From: Patescibacteria group bacterium
Lineage (GTDB): Bacteria; Patescibacteriota; Patescibacteriia; UBA10025; JAHIVO01
Direction of reading: 5' to 3'
Assembly (NCBI GenBank): GCA_018816445.1
Contig: JAHIVO010000001.1
Location: 8,354 to 72,353, forward strand
DNA length: 64,000 nucleotides
Below the pieces are notes generated by a model. The model had not been told where the DNA came from, searched no databases, and worked only from the letters and a program-made list of their open reading frames with translations. How positions within the stretch are numbered: position 1 is the stretch's first letter; each line of letters starts with the position of its first letter. Positions 29,688 through 39,397 of this stretch are shown here, piece after piece. Both the position numbers and the translations under genes were made by a program.

Positions 29688-31242
29688 TGCTTGGATTTTC
29701 GCGGTAATCTTTTGGATCAAGCAGGTCGCTTTCGTAAATTTTTTCAATAATGTTTTGGTTTTCAAATCTGCTGAAATCAGCTTCATCAAAATATTCTCTA
29801 GTACGTGCAGAAATGATTATATAATCGTATTTAGTTGTTGATAAATAGGCAGTGAATTCGTCATTAGTTCCAAAAAACAATTGTTGAACTGGCTCCCATT
29901 CAATAAACTTATTTCTAGTTAAATTTGTGTGTTCGTAGTTATAAGCTGGTTTCATATCTGCAATGGTGGTTAATAAGTACATGGTAGATGGATCAGAGAG
30001 GACAATTTTATTTGAGAATTTATCTTTAATTTTCAATTGCTCGTTTACGTTTTCCCTGGATAAACCATATTTAATAGGTGTAATATTGTTCGCCAGTAAT
30101 AAAGTAATAACTGGGTAGAGAGAGGAAAGTACCAAAATAATTAATACAATTATATTAGACAAATAGTTATTCCTTGATATTAAACGAATTATTTTATAGA
30201 ATCCATAGGCGCCGATAATGCCTAAGGCTGGAATTAATAAGCTAATTGCCCTGCTGGCAAAAAAGTTATAATTTATTGAAGTTTGATAAGCTAGTAATAA
30301 AGAACAGATCAGCCATGGAAAAATTACTAAAAATTTTATTTGCGTACCGCACGCTTTCCTGAGATTAAAAAGAAATATTAATAATCCGGCAATTACAAAT
30401 ATTAAAAAGAATGAATGAGTAATACTTAATAGAGGAGCTAGAAAATTTAATGGAATATTATTTTGAGAGTCAGTAAAAACCTTGAAAGAAGGATCGGATG
30501 TATCGATTGGAAACGCTTGGTTGATGAAGGATGGTAAATTTAATAAAATAAATAATAAAATTGCGATTGTAATACATATTATTATAAATAATGATTTCGA
30601 CCGTTTTTTATGAATAATAAAAAATGGAATAGCAATGGCACAAATTATTGTCGCTGCGTAAATGGCATTAATATGATGAAATAATATTAAGGAGAGCGTT
30701 AATAACGAAAAAATGATATAGTCTTTCAGGGCGTGACTATTGTTCCGAAAAATTTTAACTAGTAAAAATATCAATACCAAAAAGAGGGTTAGGACTATGT
30801 TTCTTGGCAAATAGTAATAAAAAATCTCCTGATTAAACAAAAAAATCGCAAAGATCGCTATTATACTTATAACTTTGTTATTTAAGAGAATATTTGATAA
30901 TATATAGATTGATAAAATTAATAAGATTATGAGAATTATATTCAGTATAGACATTGAAATAGGGAGTTCTAAGTCTGTGATTTGAGAAAAATAACTGCTC
31001 AATACATGAAAAAGGGGAGTGAAGCTATATAAACTTGTAGTTTCGCTAGTCGGCATATCTCCCGGAATGCTGCCAGAATTAGATATTTGATTGGCGAACC
31101 AGGTATGGAATAATAAGTCGCCTCCCTCCTGGTAAGGAAATAAAAATAGTATATAACTGTAGATTGTGATTATTAAAATAATCAAGGTAATTAAAATAGC
31201 GGTAGGAAGGTGTTTATTCTTAATAATTGATTGTATAGGCAT
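29647..31242 (-). CDS. Polytopic membrane protein, GT-C/STT3-like architecture
   Basis: GGDLLFH in the first external loop, TPLFH, many TM segments, ASRA, C-terminal VLSDPST...KYDYIII. Confidence 0.6.
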   Translation of the reverse strand: MPIQSIIKNKHLPTAILITLIILIITIYSYILFLFPYQEGGDLLFHTWFANQISNSGSIPGDMPTSETTSLYSFTPLFHVLSSYFSQITDLELPISMSILNIILIILLILSIYILSNILLNNKVISIIAIFAIFLFNQEIFYYYLPRNIVLTLFLVLIFLLVKIFRNNSHALKDYIIFSLLTLSLILFHHINAIYAATIICAIAIPFFIIHKKRSKSLFIIICITIAILLFILLNLPSFINQAFPIDTSDPSFKVFTDSQNNIPLNFLAPLLSITHSFFLIFVIAGLLIFLFNLRKACGTQIKFLVIFPWLICSLLLAYQTSINYNFFASRAISLLIPALGIIGAYGFYKIIRLISRNNYLSNIIVLIILVLSSLYPVITLLLANNITPIKYGLSRENVNEQLKIKDKFSNKIVLSDPSTMYLLTTIADMKPAYNYEHTNLTRNKFIEWEPVQQLFFGTNDEFTAYLSTTKYDYIIISARTREYFDEADFSRFENQNIIEKIYESDLLDPKDYRENPSIKYPYYSVYQSVQ

Positions 31243-31247
31243 TAGAT

Positions 31248-32414
31248 ATGAAAATTATTCATTTAATAGGGTATTTTCAGCCGGAATTTGGTTATAAGGA
31301 GTATTATATTGCTAGAAATCAAGTAAAACTTGGCCATGAAGTTTTTGTGATAACTTCTGATCGTATATATCCATTTCCTAATTTACCAGAACTTTGCAAA
31401 AAAATAAATATTTCCGCAGACCGTAAGCGCCAGCAAGGTTTATCTGAATTAGATGGAATAAAAATAATTCGGTTACCAACGCTAGTAGAATTTAAGGGAT
31501 TAATAATTATAAAGGGTGTAAAAAAACTTTTAAATAAAATTAAGCCGGATATTGTTCATGCTTATGAACCAGTTCAATTTACTCCATTGCTAGGCGCCTG
31601 GTATAAAAAAGAAAAATATTTTTTAATCTCCGATCATCAGCAATTTGAAATTCCTAAAACATTATTAGGTAAAGTATTTTTTTATTGCTTATCCAGATTT
31701 CTAAGCAATTACATGTTCAAAAAAGCAGATAAGGTAATTTTTCCGACACATGATTCAATTCAATTTGCTAAAAGATGGATGAAAATTGATATCAGTAAGA
31801 TTAAAATGATCCCGTTAGGATATGATCCGGATTATTTTTATTATGATGAAAATGAACGACAAGTAATAAGAAAACAATTTGAGATTAATGAAAATGAAAT
31901 ACTGCTAATTACTGCTGGCAGGGTTAATAGACTAAAAAAAATTGAATTAGTAATTAAGGCGCTCAAGAAGATAAAAGATAATCGGCAAGCTAGATTTTTA
32001 ATATTTGGTAGCGGAGACCAAGAATATATTAGTGAGTTAAAAGATTTAATAATTAAAACTAAACTTGAAGATCAGATAATTTTTAAAGATTTTATTAAAC
32101 GGGAAGAATTATTTAAATATTATAATGCAGCTGATTTTGGAATTTGGCCAGAGCAACCCTCAATAACAATTATTGAAGCAATCGGTTGCAGATTGCCATT
32201 AATCCTGCCGGATCGTAAAACTGTCAATCATTTAATACAATTTGGTAACGGTATTAAATTTAGGCGTCACGATGTCAATGATCTGGCAGAAAAGATAAAA
32301 CAAATATTGCTAAATCGGGACATTATTACCCAAATGCGTCAAAATTGCGAAAGAGCAAGAGAGAATTTTAATTATTTAGAAATTTCCAAAAGAATTGTAG
32401 ATCTTGCTAGGTAA
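31248..32414 (+). CDS. GT4 glycosyltransferase
   Basis: GYFQPEFGY, PLGYD, AGRVNRLKK, SITIIEA. Confidence 0.85.
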   Translation: MKIIHLIGYFQPEFGYKEYYIARNQVKLGHEVFVITSDRIYPFPNLPELCKKINISADRKRQQGLSELDGIKIIRLPTLVEFKGLIIIKGVKKLLNKIKPDIVHAYEPVQFTPLLGAWYKKEKYFLISDHQQFEIPKTLLGKVFFYCLSRFLSNYMFKKADKVIFPTHDSIQFAKRWMKIDISKIKMIPLGYDPDYFYYDENERQVIRKQFEINENEILLITAGRVNRLKKIELVIKALKKIKDNRQARFLIFGSGDQEYISELKDLIIKTKLEDQIIFKDFIKREELFKYYNAADFGIWPEQPSITIIEAIGCRLPLILPDRKTVNHLIQFGNGIKFRRHDVNDLAEKIKQILLNRDIITQMRQNCERARENFNYLEISKRIVDLAR

Positions 32415-32499
32415 CTGTATTAATTACTTATTATTTGGATTAATAAGATCATTTATAATTATTAGTTAGTTTTTTAATAATTTTTTAATTTTTTTATCC

Positions 32500-33669
32500 T
32501 CATGTTTTTTTTAATTGTTGATATGAATTAAATAATTTTTTATTCATTAAATTCCAATTCCAATACTGGATACAATACTTGTAGCCGTTTTTACCGAGTG
32601 TCGTGGCTTTATCGGGATTTGATAGTAAATCCTTTAAGGCATTTACGAGCGCTGTAGTATTGCCAGGGGGGATTAATATTCCAGCCTTGGCTAAATTTAT
32701 ATAATGTGAAATCGGAGGCAAATCACTTCCTATGACCGGTTTTTTACAGGCCATATATTCAAAGATTTTTTGGGGAATGTTTTTATTGAGCTTGGGTGTG
32801 TTCCGAAAAGCCACCATTCCCAGATGGCATACATTGATATAATAGGCAATTTGTTTATGATCAAGATGATGAATAATGGATATATTATTTTGGCTTTTAT
32901 ATTGTTGGCAAATACTATGCATAGCTTTTCGGAGGGAAGAATTTATACCAGTGCCAATTATGATGAATTTAATGTTTTTAATTTCTTGAGCTACTATTGA
33001 AACCGCCTCGATCATTTCAAGTATGCCTCGTTCAATAGTTATCCCACCGTGGTACATAATACATTTCCAATTTTTATATTGCTCTGATATTTCATGACTT
33101 TTCAGGTCAGGATTAAAGTAAGCCAATATTGGATAGTTGTAAATAATTTCAACATTCGGGTGTTTATCCTTATAATCATTCGCTATTGCATTATCTGATG
33201 TAATTATTAAGGATGTTTTTTTTAAAAACACCGCTTCGGATATAATAATAAATAAATCCGCTAAGATGCGCGTTACCCAGCTGATGTTTTTATTTTCTTT
33301 TATCCCTGCCCGATAATCTTCTAAGACAACATAAATTGCAGGTTTTTTGGTTAATATTTTCAGCATAATGCCAAACGGCAGCAGGTATGGAGAGTAAAAA
33401 TGGTAATAATCAGACTTTGATTTAAGAGCGCTTATAAACTTACTGAAATTTGTAAAAGGATTTATGGGTAAATACCTTTTTGCTTTAACGATATTTATAT
33501 TTATACCACTGGCTATAAAACTTTGCGCTTTTTGACCATGGGTTACGTAATGAACTTCATAGTTGTTTTTGGATAAACTAACAGCGTCTTTGTAAAATTT
33601 TCGGACATCAAAAACATACTCAGAATCTGATATGATGCAAACCTTTTCTTTTGTTTTAGAATTTGACAT
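32500..33669 (-). CDS. GT4 glycosyltransferase
   Basis: IYNYP, YHGGITIERG, PQKIFEYMACKKPVIGSD. Confidence 0.88.
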   Translation of the reverse strand: MSNSKTKEKVCIISDSEYVFDVRKFYKDAVSLSKNNYEVHYVTHGQKAQSFIASGININIVKAKRYLPINPFTNFSKFISALKSKSDYYHFYSPYLLPFGIMLKILTKKPAIYVVLEDYRAGIKENKNISWVTRILADLFIIISEAVFLKKTSLIITSDNAIANDYKDKHPNVEIIYNYPILAYFNPDLKSHEISEQYKNWKCIMYHGGITIERGILEMIEAVSIVAQEIKNIKFIIIGTGINSSLRKAMHSICQQYKSQNNISIIHHLDHKQIAYYINVCHLGMVAFRNTPKLNKNIPQKIFEYMACKKPVIGSDLPPISHYINLAKAGILIPPGNTTALVNALKDLLSNPDKATTLGKNGYKYCIQYWNWNLMNKKLFNSYQQLKKT

Positions 33670-33999
33670 TAAATTATGTAAATAACTGCTTTACTGTTAA
33701 AAATTTCCCTATGCTTAGTTTACCAAATTATTTTACTTTGTAAAATTAAATTTTCTAGAGTTCTTAAAATATCCGTTATTGATATTTTTCACTAAGTCGG
33801 TAAACACGATACCTGAAGAACTAATGCCTTTATAATTTTAGTAAATTTTCAATGGGATATGTATAACGAAATGATTTTCTTCTGATATTTTTTCTAAGTG
33901 GTTCCAAAATAAATTCCATCTAATCTGGCGGAGAACGTCTTTTCTTTGATCAGACAAGTGTTCGGGTGTTGGTTGCGATTCCGAGTCGTAACGACATAA

Positions 34000-34887
34000 T
34001 TATATTTCATCTACCATCTGCTTAAATGAAGGAATTTTTAATTCACTGCATAAGCTATGAATAGTGCTTAAGCGCCGGTCAACAGGATTTGGTCTGGTCG
34101 ATTCTATTTTAACATTGACTTTGTATTTGTCTTTAAAGGCAGTGATCATTTCATATTTTGAAACATCATTGGAAAAAATATGGAACAACCCGTTTTTTGG
34201 AAATGCATTACGTTCAGTAATTATCTTATCGCAGATTCTTCCAAACTGCCGCGTGGTGATTCCGTTCCACATATGCGTGGTGAATCCCTGTATTGTTTGA
34301 CCTTCCTGTTTTTTAAGCCATTCAATAAGTGATACAAAACTATGTATTTCAGGGCCTATTATTGATGTACGCAATACTAAAGAATCCCTGGAAGGCTCTC
34401 CAAGGCTCTTAGACAGGCCGTACAGGTCATTTGGGTTATGTTGTGCATGTTCATTGTAAGGCGCGCCTTGCAGGCCATCGTAAACGCAATCAGTGGTAAT
34501 CTGAATTAACTTATCCTTGTAATAATGACTCAAAATATGGGGGAGGCAGCTATTTATAAATAAGGTAGTGGCAGGTTTTTTTGTGCTATATGGCTTGATA
34601 ATCCCGGCACAATTTATAAAAGCGTCAATGCTTCCCACTTGGTCAAGGAATTTTTTTGTATTGGGCCCGATATCGTCTTTTGGAAACCCATCAAGATAGT
34701 CTTGATATATATCATTTAGATCAAATTGAATTTTTTTATGTTTTTCAATATCACCATATACTTTATTTAATATATTAATTTTTTCTGCGTTCCGGAAAAT
34801 TAGCACCAGATTATATTTATCTTTTAATACATTATAAACGGCGCCGCCAAGCATTCCAGTGGGGGCAGTTATGGCGATAGTTTTCAT
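34000..34887 (-). CDS. RmlD-like NDP-4-keto-6-deoxy-HexNAc reductase
   Basis: TAPTGMLG, INCAGII, TTDCVYDG, DLYGLSK, LRTSIIGPE, WNGITT. Confidence 0.82.
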   Translation of the reverse strand: MKTIAITAPTGMLGGAVYNVLKDKYNLVLIFRNAEKINILNKVYGDIEKHKKIQFDLNDIYQDYLDGFPKDDIGPNTKKFLDQVGSIDAFINCAGIIKPYSTKKPATTLFINSCLPHILSHYYKDKLIQITTDCVYDGLQGAPYNEHAQHNPNDLYGLSKSLGEPSRDSLVLRTSIIGPEIHSFVSLIEWLKKQEGQTIQGFTTHMWNGITTRQFGRICDKIITERNAFPKNGLFHIFSNDVSKYEMITAFKDKYKVNVKIESTRPNPVDRRLSTIHSLCSELKIPSFKQMVDEI

Positions 34888-34964
34888 GATTGATTATTTA
34901 AAAATTCTTAAAAATAAGTTTTCGTTTTGATAAACTTTTTATGTCCAAGGCGTTGTGAAATAAA

Positions 34965-35621
34965 TTATTTAATAATTGATAAGATCATATTTTGTCTATC
35001 TTTCTCGTCTAATTCTTTCGATATTTGACCATATTTATTTTGATAGTAAATATCTGAATTCTCAGGAAGTATAAAACTTTTTTCATTTAAATTGAAATGT
35101 TTATGATGAGGGTTATTGGATTGTTTTTCACGATATGGAACAGAAAAAATAAATTTATTTATTGTTAAGTGTAGTAAATGTTTAAACATATCCTGCATAT
35201 CATTAATATGTTCTAAAAATTCAAAAGCAATTATAATATTAAATTTGTTACGTGGTTCATGAGTTGTAAATGTAATGTTAGATTTTTTAAAATGTGTGTT
35301 TGCGTATTGTATTGCTTTCTCAGAAATATCAAAACCAGTAATGGATGCCTTTTTATATGATTTCGCTATCGTATGGCAGCCATATCCCGCACCGCAAGCA
35401 TAATCTAATACGGTATCATTATTTGAAATAAACTTGGTCGCAAAAAGGTATCGTTCCTTATGGGTTTTTGTGTTTAAATTTAACTCGCACCCTAAAACTC
35501 TTTCGCCATTATTGAGAACATCGTGGTATTTATTGCTAATTCTGATTTGTCGTTTCTCGCGTAATATATGTATAAATTCTCCTATAGTTAAAAGTAGCAC
35601 ATTTTTTATTCGGGTTATCAT
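34965..35621 (-). CDS. Class I SAM-dependent methyltransferase
   Basis: GER...HKERY, VLDYACGAGYG, FEFLEH, SVP...NPHH. Confidence 0.85.
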   Translation of the reverse strand: MITRIKNVLLLTIGEFIHILREKRQIRISNKYHDVLNNGERVLGCELNLNTKTHKERYLFATKFISNNDTVLDYACGAGYGCHTIAKSYKKASITGFDISEKAIQYANTHFKKSNITFTTHEPRNKFNIIIAFEFLEHINDMQDMFKHLLHLTINKFIFSVPYREKQSNNPHHKHFNLNEKSFILPENSDIYYQNKYGQISKELDEKDRQNMILSIIK

Positions 35622-35714
35622 ATATATTCTTTCTTTTTATACTCTCATCAGTTCTCTATTAAAATTGATGCGCGTATGTATTGCCGTACATTGATTTTAT
35701 TAGCAGCGCTTAGT

Positions 35715-35945
35715 TTAAAAATAGTTTATCATTGTATCAAATGACGAGATTTTAAGTTTTTAACAGAGTGTATGAACTGTTCGGAGTCTTCTGTCTATTG
35801 GAGCCGGTATAGCCGATTTAATGTTAACGTTGACATTAAATTTCTCTTTAAATGCTTGCAGAATTTCAAGCTAAGTTACGTTGCTTAAAAATATATGGAA
35901 AAGCCCATTCTGGGGATAATTATTTCTGTTGCTAATAATCTTGTT
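35715..35945 (-). pseudogene. 3' remnant of an RmlD-like reductase homologous to 34000..34887
   Basis: Manual translation NKIISNRNNYPQNGLFHIFLSNVT*LEILQAFKEKFNVNVNIKSAIPAPIDRRLRTVHTLC*KLKISSFDTMINYF* aligns without gaps to the last 76 aa of 34000..34887 (about 40/76 identical by hand count); two in-frame stops, no start. Confidence 0.88.
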
Positions 35946-36931
35946 TAAATAAATCCACCTTTTGCTAATAATTCTTTGACCTGAGTTTTATTCATCAACT
36001 TGTCTTTTGAGGAGTACTCGGAAAATTTTACTTTAGGAAATTTTTTATATTTATCTTCAAGGTTATCAAGTTTTAATTCTGGTAGTATTACATAATAATT
36101 TTCATCAAATTTATATGTTCTTGGTGATTCATAACGGGAGATGAGTACTTCATCAATTTTTTCACCAGGCCTGGTCCCTGTTTCTTTGATTGGAACAGAT
36201 TTTTTTGATACCTCTTCAGCTAGTACCCGGGCTAGATCTATAATTTTACAGGCCGGCATTTTCATAACAAATGTTTCTCCGCCATGACTCATTTCACTGG
36301 CTTTGAATAATAAACCTATGGCTTGTTGAAGTGTAAGGAAATACCTAGTCATGCGTTTATCTGTCAGGGTTATACTTCCATTATTTTTAATTTGATCAAT
36401 AAAAAATGGCACCACACTACCATTTGTACCTAAGACATTTCCACCGCGGATACATACAAAAGTGGTATTACTTGGCTCTAAATTAGCCTGGATGATTAAT
36501 CTCTCTCCAATTGCTTTGGTCATACCATAAAGATTAAGTGGGTCTACGGCTTTGTCCGAAGATATATCAATTACTCTTTTTACATTATTTATTTTAGCTG
36601 CTTCAATAATATTTTTTGTTCCGACAATATTTGTTTTTATCGCCTCATAGGGTTGCTCTTCACAAACGGGGACATGTTTTAATGCAGCCAGGTGAAAAAT
36701 ATAATCAACTTCTTTAGTAGCTTCTATTAATCTATCGCGATCACGAACATCACCGATTATGAATTTAATTTTACCATTTTTAAATTTTCGTTCCATGTTA
36801 ACTTGATGCAGTTCACTCCGCGAAAAAATAATGATTTGTTTTGGATTTTTTAAGAGCAATTGAGCCGTTAATTCATTGCCCCACGATCCAGTGCCACCAG
36901 TTATAAGTATAATTTTATCTTTAAACATCAT
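35945..36931 (-). CDS. UDP-GlcNAc 4,6-dehydratase (FnlA/WbjB/CapE-PseB family)
   Basis: ITGGTGSWG, GDVRD, HLAALKHVPVCE, SSDKAV, YGMTK, GNVLGTNGSVVP, MTRY, RPGEK. Confidence 0.88.
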   Translation of the reverse strand: MMFKDKIILITGGTGSWGNELTAQLLLKNPKQIIIFSRSELHQVNMERKFKNGKIKFIIGDVRDRDRLIEATKEVDYIFHLAALKHVPVCEEQPYEAIKTNIVGTKNIIEAAKINNVKRVIDISSDKAVDPLNLYGMTKAIGERLIIQANLEPSNTTFVCIRGGNVLGTNGSVVPFFIDQIKNNGSITLTDKRMTRYFLTLQQAIGLLFKASEMSHGGETFVMKMPACKIIDLARVLAEEVSKKSVPIKETGTRPGEKIDEVLISRYESPRTYKFDENYYVILPELKLDNLEDKYKKFPKVKFSEYSSKDKLMNKTQVKELLAKGGFI

Positions 36932-36935
36932 ATAA

Positions 36936-38027
36936 TTATAATAAATTTTCCTTATTAGTTAATAAAAAATTAATTACTTTATCTGATACATTTTTATCAA
37001 GATATCCTATTGGATATTCCCAGTGGTTATTTTTTTGAAGCATAAAATTTGTTGCTTCAAATATTTTATTTTTATCCAGATCAGATAAAATATTACTGCC
37101 GCAATCCACTGTTTCCGGTCGTTCAGTAGTCCTTCTGATTGTTACAGTGGGGACATTAAAGATACAGCATTCTTCCTGTACAGTTCCGCTATCAGATATC
37201 GCGCAAATTGCATTTTTTTCTAATTTTACAAAATCAAAAAAGTTAAAAGGACTTGATAATTTGATTAATTTTGATTTAGGCCTTATTCTAAATTTCTTTA
37301 TTTTTTCCTTTGTGCGGGGGTGAATACTGCAGATTATTGGAATTTTATATTTATTAGCAATAAGATTAAGCCCCAAAAAAATATTTTTTAGCCTGAGTTT
37401 GTTATCTACATTTTCTGCACGGTGAGCAGTTACGACAAAAAATTTATTTTTTGAGAGCTTTAGTTCTTTTAATATATTACTTCTATCAATTTTTGTTTTA
37501 TTTTTTATCAGTACTTCATTGATTGGATTTCCTGAAGCCATGATACGCTGGGCAGGGAAACCTTCACGCAATAAGTTTTCCCTGCTTCTTGGCGTATATG
37601 GGAGATTATATGTCGATACTGCATCAATAATTTTACGATTTTTTTCTTCAGGAACCAGAGGATCGTAGCATCTATTTCCTGCTTCCATGTGATAAACAGG
37701 AATTTGCATTTTTTCAGCAATAATTGAAGCAAGACCACTATTAGTATCTCCAAGAATTAGGATTTTATCAGGTGATATTATTTTTAAAATATCGTAAGTT
37801 TTTTTAAAAATAATAGCTAATTGCTGACCAATGTTTGATGTATCTGCTGATAAATAATAATCTGGCTGACGTAAATTTAAATCTTTAAAAAAGATATCTT
37901 TTAAATCTGGTGAATAATTTTGATCAGTATGAATGATTTTGTGATCACATAGTTTATCAAGCTTTTGCATTATTATGCTGAGCCTGATGATTTCTGGCCT
38001 AGTACCCAAAATTGTAGTAATTTTCAT
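36936..38027 (-). CDS. Non-hydrolysing UDP-HexNAc 2-epimerase (FnlC/WbjD/Cap5G type)
   Basis: GTRPEIIRLS, LGDTNS, HMEAGNRC, PEEKNR, TAHRAEN, SDSGTVQEE, TERPE. Confidence 0.88.
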   Translation of the reverse strand: MKITTILGTRPEIIRLSIIMQKLDKLCDHKIIHTDQNYSPDLKDIFFKDLNLRQPDYYLSADTSNIGQQLAIIFKKTYDILKIISPDKILILGDTNSGLASIIAEKMQIPVYHMEAGNRCYDPLVPEEKNRKIIDAVSTYNLPYTPRSRENLLREGFPAQRIMASGNPINEVLIKNKTKIDRSNILKELKLSKNKFFVVTAHRAENVDNKLRLKNIFLGLNLIANKYKIPIICSIHPRTKEKIKKFRIRPKSKLIKLSSPFNFFDFVKLEKNAICAISDSGTVQEECCIFNVPTVTIRRTTERPETVDCGSNILSDLDKNKIFEATNFMLQKNNHWEYPIGYLDKNVSDKVINFLLTNKENLL

Positions 38028-38064
38028 AGAAATGGTTTAAATATTTAGATTCAATATTTGTTGT

Positions 38065-38092
38065 ATTATAACACATTTATGCTAGTAATCAA
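38065..38092 (-). promoter_or_regulatory. Sigma70-type promoter
   Basis: TTGATT-N16-TATAAT with TG extension, upstream of the 2-epimerase. Confidence 0.5.
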
Positions 38093-38125
38093 TACCATTT
38101 TAATTGTAGCTTTTTAAATTATTTT

Positions 38126-39397
38126 TTATTCATCAATTATATCAGCTAGAATCTTCGCATTTTTATCAAGATCATGATTTTTATAAAAAGTTTCTTTTGA
38201 GTTATGAATAAAAGTCTTTGCTTGTTTTGGATTTTTAAAAAAATCAACAATAGCTTTTGCCAATAATGATATATCATTTTCATCAACTACAAGACCTAAT
38301 TTATTTTCTTTTGCATATTGTGAAACATAGGCGTATTCAGGCGCATGTACTAACATCGGTCTTCCCGCAATTAAATAGTCAGTGAATTTACCAGGCGTTG
38401 CGGTTTGAATAATTTCCGGAGCATCTGTATCCCATGATAGCGGAAGGAATAGTAAATCCGCATTATTTTGGATAGCCGGTATTTCTTCCGGGGATGCTTT
38501 AGAGATGATTATATTATTATAATTTTTGATTAATTTTTTAATACTATCAGGGCATTTTGGTAAATACAATTTTAGGTTAACTTGGATTTTATTAATTCTT
38601 CTGATTGCGTTAATGAGATTAATTACACTTTGCTCTTGCGCCCAATAGATATGGCCAGTAAATACAATATTATAAGGTTCAACAGGGTCATATTCACTAT
38701 TTAGCCCTTCATAATTATCTGAAAAAATTGCATTATGAATTATTTCAATGGGAATATTGCCATACCTTTTTTTATATAGGTTCATGGTGCCTTCATTGGT
38801 GACAATAATTTTTGAGGCATTTCTAACCAAGAGTGGTTCAATAAAATTCGCTAGCCATCTAATTGAAGGTGAATACTTGTTGCCTTTATAAATGTCAAAC
38901 AAATATATTTTATATTTCTTTTTAGTGATTTTATGAATTATATAGGCTGATATCAGGGCAAGCCCATCTCCGGAAATGCCAATTAGTACATCAATTTTAT
39001 TTTGCTTTACTACTTTAACGCCTTGGCGAACAACAACCACTAACTGTAAAAACATATTTACCAGAAGATCAATCCGTTTAATATACAATAATTTCGTGAT
39101 AATTTTTGATATTGGTGCCCACCATTTTGTATTTGCTTTTTTAACAATCGTTCCTGAATGTTTTTGAGCATTATCCTCATTAATCATGTCTCGTTTGGTT
39201 TTATGAGGTTCATCATAAAAGTAATATTCACAATCTAGCCAGTATTTATTGTCATGCGGTTGTGTTTTAATGGCCGAGTATCCAGTTAAAAAAGAATATT
39301 TATCTTTCGGAAACTTGGAAAGTAGGTTATATAAAATCATGGGCCCGCCCATCATCGGAGGGGCATAAGTTGTAATAATAAGAGTTTTTTTATCCAT
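38126..39397 (-). CDS. GT4-like (GT-B) glycosyltransferase
   Basis: APPMMGG, FTGHIY, ADLLFLP, PGKFTDYLIAGRP. Confidence 0.8.
   Translation of the reverse strand: MDKKTLIITTYAPPMMGGPMILYNLLSKFPKDKYSFLTGYSAIKTQPHDNKYWLDCEYYFYDEPHKTKRDMINEDNAQKHSGTIVKKANTKWWAPISKIITKLLYIKRIDLLVNMFLQLVVVVRQGVKVVKQNKIDVLIGISGDGLALISAYIIHKITKKKYKIYLFDIYKGNKYSPSIRWLANFIEPLLVRNASKIIVTNEGTMNLYKKRYGNIPIEIIHNAIFSDNYEGLNSEYDPVEPYNIVFTGHIYWAQEQSVINLINAIRRINKIQVNLKLYLPKCPDSIKKLIKNYNNIIISKASPEEIPAIQNNADLLFLPLSWDTDAPEIIQTATPGKFTDYLIAGRPMLVHAPEYAYVSQYAKENKLGLVVDENDISLLAKAIVDFFKNPKQAKTFIHNSKETFYKNHDLDKNAKILADIIDE

Noticed and set aside
35715-35945. Stop-codon recoding as an explanation for the in-frame TAG/TAA
   Set aside because: TAA, TAG and TGA all terminate intact genes here, and the fragment also lacks its 5' three-quarters
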